Source: Caldilineaceae bacterium SB0662_bin_25 (lineage in GTDB: Bacteria; Chloroflexota; Anaerolineae; Caldilineales; Caldilineaceae). Taken from it: DNA of 64,000 nucleotides. Each line of letters opens with the position of its first letter. Position 1 is the first letter of the stretch. The position numbers and the translations under genes were made by a program. Positions 29,408-38,500 of this stretch are shown here, in pieces. A model generated the notes under the pieces. It was not told the DNA's origin. It searched no databases and saw only the letters and a program-made list of their open reading frames with translations. Where the stretch lies: the NCBI GenBank assembly GCA_009840225.1, contig VXOE01000271.1:6606-70605 (forward strand), read 5' to 3'.

Positions 29408-30537
29408 TCGGCAATCTCCTTGGCGAATCGGATTCTGGCGTGGATGGTGCGGGGGTTGAGGTCGGCGGCGTCTCCTTTGTTGGGCAGGCTCATGGTGTCT
29501 ACCAGCAATAGGCGGCGCGCGAGCGGCGCCAGGCGCCGGGCTGCGTGAACAGCCGCTTCGATGCCGGCGACGTCGGCGTCAGGCCATAGGGTGATTTCCC
29601 TGCCGTCGAACTGAGTGAAGTCGCTGACGTGAAAGCCGGCGGTGTCCCCTACACTGTAGACGGCGTGACTGCCATCGATTCCGGCACTTACAGCAGCGGC
29701 GGCGGCCTTCTCGCCTTCCACGAGCAGGACGTGCGGGCCATCGCGCGGCTGGCCGCGGCGAGGGTGATTCCAGGATAGAGGCTGCCGTCCTCTGACGCTG
29801 GCACCCTTCTGGCCGTTCCAGAAAATGCGCTTGTCCGGGTCGATGCGTGTGCGCGGCCGGGCGCGGCCGTCTGCGAGGATATAGACGGCGTCCTGGCGCC
29901 ACTGCCGGCCCTTGGCGGAGACTTGGGCAGCGACGTGCTTGTGCAGCTGGTCGTAGCTGGCGGTGCACTGGCACCGCAGGGAAAGGCCTGCATAGGGGAA
30001 CGGGTGATCTGTCAGTGTCCACGCGATCAGCGCGTCGGGCTGCCGGCACAGCGGGCAAGGGCTTGCGTGGGAGCGTCCGCCAGCGTCGTCCTGGGGAAGC
30101 TGGTGTGCGCCCCATTGCGGGACGATGACCGCGTTCCGGGGGCACTGTGGCGCTGATCGTGTCGTGGCCGGTGTGGACCGCTTGGGGGCGGCAGATCGGG
30201 TCGTTGCTCCACCTGGAGGCTGGCCCGTGCGTCGTGCTTCCCAGCAGGCGCGACATCTGCACAGATGCAGACCGGTCGCCTTTTGCAGAGTGTGACGGAT
30301 GGCATCGTACTCTGCCGGCGTGCTGGGGCTGCATTTGAAGCAAAACACGTGCAGCGATGCGCCACTCTTCTCCGGGTCGCTGAAGAGCAGCGAACCTGAA
30401 TTGGGTTCGTCCCCGCTGCCGTGGCAGTAGCCGCGGGTGCGGTAGTGGTCGCCTTCGCGCCGTGTGCCTGGGAGACGGGCCGCGACTTCGGCGGCGGTGG
30501 CGAGTGATATGCGATTGTGTGTGCTGTGTGTTAGCAT
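29404..30537 (-). CDS. Zn-finger + Toprim primase-like protein
   Basis: N-terminal Cys/His clusters (CHGSGDE...CFKC). Toprim-like VLLVEGEKAAAAAVSAGI and ITLWPDADVAG. Confidence 0.6.
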   Translation of the reverse strand: MLTHSTHNRISLATAAEVAARLPGTRREGDHYRTRGYCHGSGDEPNSGSLLFSDPEKSGASLHVFCFKCSPSTPAEYDAIRHTLQKATGLHLCRCRACWEARRTGQPPGGATTRSAAPKRSTPATTRSAPQCPRNAVIVPQWGAHQLPQDDAGGRSHASPCPLCRQPDALIAWTLTDHPFPYAGLSLRCQCTASYDQLHKHVAAQVSAKGRQWRQDAVYILADGRARPRTRIDPDKRIFWNGQKGASVRGRQPLSWNHPRRGQPRDGPHVLLVEGEKAAAAAVSAGIDGSHAVYSVGDTAGFHVSDFTQFDGREITLWPDADVAGIEAAVHAARRLAPLARRLLLVDTMSLPNKGDAADLNPRTIHARIRFAKEIAE

Positions 30538-30758
30538 GTGGGCGAGGCTCCTTTGTTGCGAGGGTCTCAGTGGTAGTGGCCCCGATTGACGGATCGGGGC
30601 CGTCCTCTTTTATTGGATCCCTACTCTCTTTGCGATTTTGGACAGGGCTTGCCTACTGAACGCGGCGCCGCGGCGGGTGTGTACGCCGGCGTGAGCAAGG
30701 ATGTCGATGCCGGGCTGCTCGCTGACGCGGATGTATCCCGCGACCTGTCCCCGTTTTC

Positions 30759-30968
30759 TTATTGCCTGGTCTGCTCCTTCTCAACCTGCGCGACGGCCTG
30801 CAAAACAGACTCTCTTACGAATTCGGTGAATTTCTGCTGGCGGAACATTGCTGCCTCGATGATGCGCTGTTTATCGCTGGCTGTTACGCCAATGGAGACA
30901 TGGGCGGTCTTTTTGAGCCCCTGGGCTTTTCTGACTCTGGGGTTGGTTTTCGCTTTCGTGTCCGGCAT
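30759..30968 (-). CDS. Small RHH/DUF1778-like DNA-binding protein
   Basis: AAGGAG lies 7 nt before the ATG at 30968. HVSIGVTASDKQRIIEAAMFRQQKFTEFVRESVLQAV resembles ribbon-helix-helix antitoxin/repressor proteins. Confidence 0.5.
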   Translation of the reverse strand: MPDTKAKTNPRVRKAQGLKKTAHVSIGVTASDKQRIIEAAMFRQQKFTEFVRESVLQAVAQVEKEQTRQ

Positions 30969-31092
30969 GGGTCGCTCCTTTCGGGTGTTTCGTTGCCTGG
31001 GCGGCATTCTTATTGTACCATGAAACAGCGCATAAAAAAGTAGCTTTTTGCTAGTTTTATTGCAGAATTATGTGATGAGGTCGGAGGGAAGC

Positions 31093-31353
31093 ATGAGCAA
31101 CATTTGGCAAGTGCAGGAGGCGAGGGCGCGCTTCAGCGAGCTGCTGGAGGCCAGTCATGCAGAAGGCCCGCAGATTGTCACTAAGCACGGGAAAGAAACC
31201 GCTGTGCTGGTGCCGATTGAACAGTGGCGCAGACTGGAAAGACTGGCGAAACCGAGCCTGAAGGCGTTTCTGCTGGCCCCAGAGCCGCGTACAGAGGCGT
31301 TAACCCCGCCGAGAAGGAAGCTGCGACTGCGTCCGGCTCCAGATGCAGCGTAG
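31093..31353 (+). CDS. Phd/YefM-VapB-type antitoxin (apparently orphan)
   Basis: MSNIWQVQEARARFSELLEASHAEGPQIVTKHGKETAVLVPIEQWRRLE is a classic prevent-host-death antitoxin N-terminus. No intact toxin ORF follows. Confidence 0.7.
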   Translation: MSNIWQVQEARARFSELLEASHAEGPQIVTKHGKETAVLVPIEQWRRLERLAKPSLKAFLLAPEPRTEALTPPRRKLRLRPAPDAA

Positions 31354-31439
31354 AGGCGTTCTGTGTTGTTTCCGGACAGGAAGGTAGACCTCGGATTGCG
31401 ACGTTCGCAGGTGGAAATGGATAGTCTGCGGAGACCGGA

Positions 31440-31877
31440 ATGAAGATTAACACCGACCATCTGAATCGCTGTGTCAGTACGCTCAGAGTTGCCTGGGAAG
31501 GACTGCAGCAGTGTGAACCGGGCGATGTGTTGTATGAGATCTACCGTGCGGCCTGTGTGAAGGAGTTTGAACTCGTGCTGGAGCAGGGCGACCGATTGCT
31601 GAAGAGGCGGCTGCGTCCTTACTTTGCAAGCACCCGGCAGGCGGACCAGCTTTACTTCAACGATGTCTTCCGTTACGCCGCCAAACATTGCCTGATCGGC
31701 GACGAAGCGTGTGAACGCTGGCTGGAATACCGCGTCGCACGCAATGACACGGCGCATGAATACGGGGGGAATTTTGCTGAGAGGACGCTGGAACTGCTGC
31801 CCCAGTTCATTGTCGACGCGGAGGCGTTAGCCGGTGTGATCGAAGGGGGGGCGGGATGCGTGACAGGCTGCATCTGA
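31440..31877 (+). CDS. HEPN-type nucleotidyltransferase substrate-binding protein (HI0074 family)
   Basis: 145 aa with the R-x4-H motif (VARNDTAHEY) and the overall HI0074-like pattern. Overlaps the following MNT gene. Confidence 0.75.
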   Translation: MKINTDHLNRCVSTLRVAWEGLQQCEPGDVLYEIYRAACVKEFELVLEQGDRLLKRRLRPYFASTRQADQLYFNDVFRYAAKHCLIGDEACERWLEYRVARNDTAHEYGGNFAERTLELLPQFIVDAEALAGVIEGGAGCVTGCI

Positions 31878-32212
31878 AGGTGAGACATCGCCGCATGTTG
31901 GAAGTGATTCTGCGCGAACATGTGCCCGGTGTTGAGGTGTGGGCCTACGGCAGCCGGGTCAGCGGTCACAGCCATGGCGGCAGTGATCTGGACCTTGTCC
32001 TGCGAGCGTCCGGCTTGGAGGCGATTCCGATTGGTCAGCTTGTCGACCTGGAGGAAGCTCTGCGGCTGTCTACGATTCCGTTTCTGGTGGAGGCGCGGGA
32101 CTGGGCGCGCCTACCGGAGAGTTTTCAGCGCGAAATCGGGCGAGCTTACGTCGTGCTGGTGGAAGAGCGGTGTGGGCCGCCGCGGCAGGCGTTTGAATCA
32201 GGGGATGACTGA
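31856..32212 (+). CDS. Minimal nucleotidyltransferase (MNT) partner
   Basis: YGSRVSGHSHGGSDLDLVL carries the GS...DxD polymerase-beta-type NTase motif. 118 aa. Confidence 0.75.
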   Translation: MRDRLHLKVRHRRMLEVILREHVPGVEVWAYGSRVSGHSHGGSDLDLVLRASGLEAIPIGQLVDLEEALRLSTIPFLVEARDWARLPESFQREIGRAYVVLVEERCGPPRQAFESGDD

Positions 32213-32400
32213 TGATATACAGCGATGAAGAGATCTTGCGCCGTTTGCGGCTCGGCGAGGACAGCGCTTGGGAGTTCAAACAGATCGAATTCAGCGGCGA
32301 CCAGACGGTAAGCCCGCGTCGTCATTACCGTCCGCCATGCCGGCCAGCCCGGCGGGGGTTCAGTCATCTTCAACGAGGGGACCGGCCAGATTCCAGGGGT
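32212..32400 (+). pseudogene. N-terminal AlbA_2/Schlafen-like DNA-binding domain fragment (frameshifted, truncated)
   Basis: EEILRRLRLGEDSAWEFKQIEFSGDQTVSPRR, then a shift to a frame reading ...GGGSVIFNEGTGQIPGV. It is cut off by the next gene. Confidence 0.35.
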
Positions 32401-32449
32401 GTCGGGGCGGTTGAATCCGATCTATGATCCCGTTTCCGGAGGAGAGTGC

Positions 32450-34087
32450 ATGAAGATTCACTGGAACGACTTCGAACCTCAAGGATACGAGGAAATGGTT
32501 TCAGTCTTGCTCAGCCGGCTACATCCAAACGCCCAGCGAATCGATGGCAAGGGCGGTGACGGTGGTCGGGACGTGCAGATTGTTGACGGACAAGACGATT
32601 CGATCATCCACGTTTTTGAGTTGAAGTCCTTCACCGGCCGGATGGATCCGGGACGACGCAGTCAAGTGAAAGGATCTCTCAAACGGGCGGCGTCCCTTGG
32701 ACCAGCACGGTGGACACTCGTCGTTCCCATAGATCCCACTCCTGGCGAGGACAGGTGGTTTCGCAAGCTCAGCAAGGAATACTCCTTCCCGATAGAGTGG
32801 TGCGGAAAGACATGGCTTGACGAGAAGATGTCGGCGTTTCCGGACATTCGGCGATACTTCCTGGAAGGGGCAAGCGATGAGGTGGTTCGGTTGCTCCGAG
32901 AACTTCACAAAGAGCAGGCGATCATCACGGATGTCCCTGACGCAATGGAGCGATTACGGACGCTCCACGAGCGCCTGAATGAGATTGATCCCCACTACAG
33001 ATATGAGCTATCCACAGGAAAAGATGCGGCTGATGTCAGGCCAACGGACGTAGTCTTCTCAGTTGGATTTTGTGACATGAGGGTTGATGTCTATTCGAAG
33101 TACTTGGGTGCTACTGAGGATCGACCTGTCACAGTGACTGTCAAGATTCTCGTGGATTCCGACGACGAAGTGGTGCAGGACGCTCTCAACTATGGATTGG
33201 AGGCGACCATTCCACCCCACAAGGTCGCCGGTGTCACGGTTGATGCGCCGTTCGGACTCGGAGGTGACTTCACAGAAACGGAATTCATCCTGATTCCGAT
33301 CAATAACCTAGACGACCCTGTCACCTTCTTATTCGACATCATGGACGGAGACAAGATTCTGGCCAGTTTGCCGGTACATCTCACAGAACGGACAAGTGGC
33401 CTAAGAGGAGCCACCTTAACTGGAGCCGATAGCACTGGGTGGCTGCAAGCGCGCATCAAGGTGAACGTAGAAACCATGGGCCTTGATGCGAAGTTCTGGT
33501 TGACCCCCCAGTCCACCATGCCAGAGGCTCTGTTGCCACTCTGCCGATGGGTAGACGCATGTAAGCCGCCCCATCATCTTCGGTTCCGTTGGCAAGGCGG
33601 ATTAGAACCGCACACTGAGATACGAGAGTCCTTCTTGGCAGATGACAGCCTCAGCAGGATTGTTGAGGCACTCGCTCATTTGCAGGAGCGCTGCGGCATT
33701 CGCTGGGAGATGTCTCCTTCACTTACTCCCGAGGAAGACCAACAGATACTGGCAGCTGCGATCATGCTAAAGGAGGGGACCATTGACTTCACGTGGGAAT
33801 CCTGGAACCTTCGCTTGGACCCTTCGGAACCAGCGCTCAAGGAACTGATGGGTGGCTCTTCGCTCGCCTTTCTCACCAGACAAGACGTGCCGATCGAATT
33901 AGAGGGGATGACTGTTGCAATAGTACGGATCCAAACCCACCTTGAGTCCGCCCGTCTCGCTAATCTCGATGCCGTCGAGCTAGCCCTCAAGTCTGGATCA
34001 GTTCCACACCTGAATCTTGTACCGGGAGAAAGCGACAAGGGGCAACGCGCCGCGGCGTTATTGCCAGCACCTTCAGAGCACCCATGA
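32450..34087 (+). CDS. Mrr-cat/PD-(D/E)xK-like N-terminal nuclease domain fused to an unassigned ~390-aa region
   Basis: GGAGGAG RBS. N-terminus WNDFEPQGYEEMVSVLLSRL...RIDGKGGDGGRDVQIV...IHVFELKSF, with the D...ExK pattern of Mrr-type restriction endonuclease folds. No motif is recognisable in the remainder. Confidence 0.6.
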   Translation: MKIHWNDFEPQGYEEMVSVLLSRLHPNAQRIDGKGGDGGRDVQIVDGQDDSIIHVFELKSFTGRMDPGRRSQVKGSLKRAASLGPARWTLVVPIDPTPGEDRWFRKLSKEYSFPIEWCGKTWLDEKMSAFPDIRRYFLEGASDEVVRLLRELHKEQAIITDVPDAMERLRTLHERLNEIDPHYRYELSTGKDAADVRPTDVVFSVGFCDMRVDVYSKYLGATEDRPVTVTVKILVDSDDEVVQDALNYGLEATIPPHKVAGVTVDAPFGLGGDFTETEFILIPINNLDDPVTFLFDIMDGDKILASLPVHLTERTSGLRGATLTGADSTGWLQARIKVNVETMGLDAKFWLTPQSTMPEALLPLCRWVDACKPPHHLRFRWQGGLEPHTEIRESFLADDSLSRIVEALAHLQERCGIRWEMSPSLTPEEDQQILAAAIMLKEGTIDFTWESWNLRLDPSEPALKELMGGSSLAFLTRQDVPIELEGMTVAIVRIQTHLESARLANLDAVELALKSGSVPHLNLVPGESDKGQRAAALLPAPSEHP

Positions 34088-34269
34088 CGATGAATCTGGA
34101 TGGTGGGGATTACATACGACCAGGACTGATGCAGGACTACCTCCCCATAGCACCCAAGCCTTGCGTAGGGATGGGCCTTCGCGAGCCCTAAAGGCGCAAG
34201 AGCATGTATGAGTCGCCGTTTTGGTCGGCAGTAGCGGGCGCAAAGCTCGCGAGTCTCTACAGACAAGCT

Positions 34270-35016
34270 CTACCCTAGCGCCGGTACGATGTTCAGGGGT
34301 TTGTCTCCCGGTCCCCTCCCTTCGAAGAACGACTCAAGTGACCGCCGGCATACGGCCCGGGTGGCGGTTTCCTCTGCGCGTGGGTCCGAACCGCCCAGAT
34401 TTCTGAACCAGTCCGGGTTCCCTTCAAAGCAGATCTGACAGAGTTTTGCCTGTGCGACTTTGCCTTCCGGCGTCAGGTATTCTCCGGCCGGAATGGTGTA
34501 GACGCAGTGGTGTGCGCCGGTCTGTTGTTGGAAGAGAGTGCGTTCGAGATCCGGCGGTTCGTCCCAGTAGTATTTCATCCCGTCGTGCATCCGCGCCCAG
34601 TACTCTTCCATAGACCGGTAAACGGTAAACCGCCCTTCTGCGCTCAGCCTGGCTTTGCGGTCCAGCGCGTTTTGTTGCTGGGTGCCGGCGTAGAGATGGG
34701 CCGGTTGGATACAGCTGCGGCGGTGGCACAGGTGCAGGATGTGCTTGCCTTCCGGGATCTCTCCCCGGGTCATTTCATAGGCGACACGGTGGGCTCGATA
34801 GGGCTTGCCGTTCAGATGCAGAATGCCATAGCCATGCGTATCGAGAGCGTGCCGCCAGATCAGGCAAGGTCCATTGAAAGGCGTCGGACAGTTCGTCGGC
34901 GGTGTGTAAACGGCCGCGTAGTTGCTCCGGGTGATGGGGCCTGGAGACCTTCTTTTGGGGATTCCTGACCTTGCCAGGTACAGGAGGTAAGCCCGTTCGG
35001 CGTGGTGTTTGTTCAT
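34270..35016 (-). CDS. HNH endonuclease
   Basis: CLIWRHALDTHGYGILHLNGKPYRAHRVAYEM...ILHLCHRRSCIQPAHLYAGTQQQNALD is an HNH_3-type signature. Confidence 0.75.
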   Translation of the reverse strand: MNKHHAERAYLLYLARSGIPKRRSPGPITRSNYAAVYTPPTNCPTPFNGPCLIWRHALDTHGYGILHLNGKPYRAHRVAYEMTRGEIPEGKHILHLCHRRSCIQPAHLYAGTQQQNALDRKARLSAEGRFTVYRSMEEYWARMHDGMKYYWDEPPDLERTLFQQQTGAHHCVYTIPAGEYLTPEGKVAQAKLCQICFEGNPDWFRNLGGSDPRAEETATRAVCRRSLESFFEGRGPGDKPLNIVPALG

Positions 35017-35525
35017 GGAAAATTCTTATGCTGGCCGGGTTCAGGCACCCTGGAATCCAGGCCGGCCGCTCATTGACAACGCCTTCGGGACCGGTTTTGC
35101 CTTGCTTTGACCTGGATTGCCGGGCGGAAGTCAGTTCAAAGCACAGGATACAGTGTCGTTCGCAGCCCCCCCCAAACCGCTCACAGCCGCTTTGGGCGCC
35201 GTTTCCGACGCTGCAGGCACAAGAGACCTTGCGGATCTGCGACGCCCCTCCTGCCGCCACCGCGGCCATAACCGCTCAGGTATTTGCCAGCTGTCCGATC
35301 AAAGTCCTTTTGACGACGTTGCAGTATACGCTTGCGGACCATCCCCATTCTTCCCTTTTCCTCTTCAGCCTGACCTTTGCGCCGTCCCTTGCTTTGCGAA
35401 TATGCCACCTCCAAAATGTGGGACGTGTTCCCATCAACGCTTCCGTTTGGAGAAAACTATAACATGTGTTATATTAGACAGAATTAAGCACGCCATCATG
35501 GTTGAGCAGTTGAGGAAACATTCCG

Positions 35526-38500
35526 ATGTTGCATGATACCCGTACGGAGTTGCCCGGCGATTACTGGCAGCGAGTGAAGAGCGTTCGCGAGGTGAGCGGA
35601 TTGACACAGGCGCAGTTTGCCGAGCAGGTTGGCGTTTCGTTTGCCACCGTCAACCGCTGGGAAAACAGGCAGACGCGGCCCAGCACTTTGGCCTGGTCGC
35701 GTATTCTCGACCTTGAGCGGGCCCAGGCATCGCAGGTGATTCCTGAGCCCGCTTCTTTGCAGCAGCCGGCGCCTGTGACGGTTCCGGGCATGGATTTTGC
35801 GGCGGATCCGGAAGCTGTCGCGGCGGTTGTCGAGGCGCACCGTCTTACGTACGGGCATCTTTTCAATTCCGCGTTTGCGATTGAGACGTCGCTGATCGAT
35901 CCGCTGCCGCACCAGCGGATTGCGGTTTACGAGCGCATGCTGAACCAGGCGCCGCTGCGTTTCCTGCTGGCGGATGACGCCGGCGCGGGCAAGACGATTA
36001 TGACGGGGCTGTATGTGCGGGAGATGATCTCACGAAGGCTCATCCGCCGCATTCTGATCGTGCCGCCGGCAGGCCTGGTGGGGAACTGGGAGCGTGAGCT
36101 GCGGACGCTTTTCCGGCTGCAGTTTCGCATTGCCAGCGGGGCGGACGCGCGCGGGGGCAACCCTTTTGCCGGGCCCGAGAGCGACCGCCTGATCGTCAGC
36201 CTCGATACGCTGCGAGGTGAGCGCATGTTCGCGCGCCTCAAAGAGCCTGAGACGGCGCCCTATGATCTGGTGGTCTTCGACGAGGCCCACAAGCTGTCGG
36301 CGCACCGCGAGCAGGACCTGCGGGTGCGCAAGACGGGCCGCTACCGCCTCGCCGAAGCCATCGCCGGCGCAGAGACCGATAGCGAAAAGTGGGCGCTGCC
36401 GTGGTCGGCGCATCATCTGCTGCTGCTCACCGCCACGCCGCACATGGGTAAGGAATATCCCTTCTTTGCTCTGTGGCGCCTGCTGATGCCGGATACGCTC
36501 TCGACCCCGGAAGCGTTTGACGGCTTTTCCCGTGATTCGCGGCGCAGGCATTTCATGCGCCGCACGAAGGAGGAGATGGTCCGCTTTGACGGACAGCCGC
36601 TCTATCCACAGAGAAACTGCGGCACGTTGAGCTATGAACTGACGCAAGGGCCGGGCAGCGAGCAGGAGCTGTACGACGAGACGACGGAGTACATCGCGAC
36701 CTACTACAACAGGGCCAAGATGTTGAACAGGTCGGCGGCGCGCCTGGCGATGAGCGTGTTCCAGCGCCGGCTGGCCAGCTCCACCTATGCGCTGATGCGC
36801 TCGTTCGAGCGGCGGAAAGAGAAGCTGGAGGCCTTGATCGATGATATCAGGAACGACAGGCTGAGAGAAGAGCAGCTGGCGCCGCAACAAGGAGTCCTTG
36901 AAGATATTTTCGAGACGAGGACTTTCGACGAGCTGGATACGGCTGAAGAGGGGGGCGATGCGCAGGAGGATTTTGAGGAAGAGGCCCTGGCGGGGACGGT
37001 GGCGGTCAACCTGGCTGAGCTGGAGGTGGAGCGTCAGCGGGTCGACACGTTGCTTGGCAAGGCGCGCAGGCTCTACGAAGCCGGTGAGGAGTCCAAGTTT
37101 GAGAGGTTGCAGAGTGTACTACGGGACGAGGAAGATGCCGACGAAAAGCTGATACTCTTTACCGAGCATCGCGATACGGCTGAGTTTCTGATTCGCAGGC
37201 TGGAGGGTCTCGGCTTCACCGGCAGGATCGCGCTGATTCACGGCGGGATGCCCTACCAGGAGCGTGAGCGGCAGGTGGAGTTTTTCCGCCGTTCGGCAGC
37301 GGACAACGGGGCCAACTATCTCGTGGCCACCGACGCCGCGGGCGAGGGCATCAATCTCCAGTTCTGCTGGCGGATGGTCAACTACGACATTCCCTGGAAC
37401 CCTGCCCGCCTGGAGCAGCGCATGGGCCGCATCCACCGTTATGGGCAGGAGCGGGATCCGGTTGTCATCGTCAACCTGGTGGCGGGCGCGACACGGGAAG
37501 GCCGGGTGATGAAGAGGCTACTGGAGAAGCTGGAGCTGATCCGGGACCAGCTCGGGTCCGACAAGGTTTTCGATGTCATCGGCCGCCTGTTCGAGGGCGT
37601 TTCGTTCGGCGATTATCTGGCGCAAGCAGCGGCGGGGGAGGAGGGAGAGGTCCTCCGTCAGATAGAAGGAAGCCTGACCAGCGAGCAGGTGATGGCGCTG
37701 GAGGAGAGGGAACGTTCGCTTTACGGGGCGGGGGGCGAGGTGCGCCGCGCCTTGCCCGAACTGCGAAAGCAGACTGGAGAGGAGCATTACCGGCGCCTCA
37801 TACCGGGGTATGTTTATCGTTTTGTCGAAAGGGCGGCGCCGCTGCTCGGCCTGCGGGTAGAAGGGGACCCGGAGGAGGCGTTTGCGCTGGAGGCGACCCG
37901 GCCGCGTGCGCGCGACTTCCTGTTTTCGGCATTGGAAACCTATGCGGCCGGGGCCCGCAACCGTCTGACGGTAGTTAAACCGGATTTTCACGGGGCTGCG
38001 GTGTGGCTGCATCCGGGCGAACCGGTGTTTGACCGCCTGGCGCAGACGGTCATCGTGCGGCACGGCGAACAGGGGCTGCGGGGGGCGGTGTTCGTCGATC
38101 CTTACGCGGAGGAACCGTACCTGGTGCATGCGGCGCTGGTCACTGTAGAGCAGGAGGCGAGTTCAGGGGAGGCTGGCGCGGCCGCGGCCGGCGCAAGGAT
38201 CCTGGAATCGCGGCTGGTGGGGCTGCGTCAGAGTGCGGAGGGAGATATCGAAGAGTGGCCGGTGGAGCGGTTGCTTCTGCTGCGGGGCGCGCCCGGATTT
38301 GCACCGGGCGGGGAGCCGCTGGCCGCGCGGGCGCGCAAGCTGAATCCGGCGGCAGAAGAGTACGTGCGCGCTGATGTTCTTGAGCAGCATGTGCAGGCGC
38401 AGCGGCGGCGTATCCTGGCCGACTTGCCCGACCGCCAGGCGCACGTCAGGCGGGGCTATGGCTTTCAGGCGGCCGAACTGGCGGCGCGGCGTGCCAATCT

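Noticed and set aside
31353-31440. VapC/PIN N-terminal remnant after the Phd-type antitoxin
   Set aside because: Only a weak ~20-residue resemblance in a shifted frame, with no PIN acidic residues identifiable. Mentioned in a finding but not annotated.
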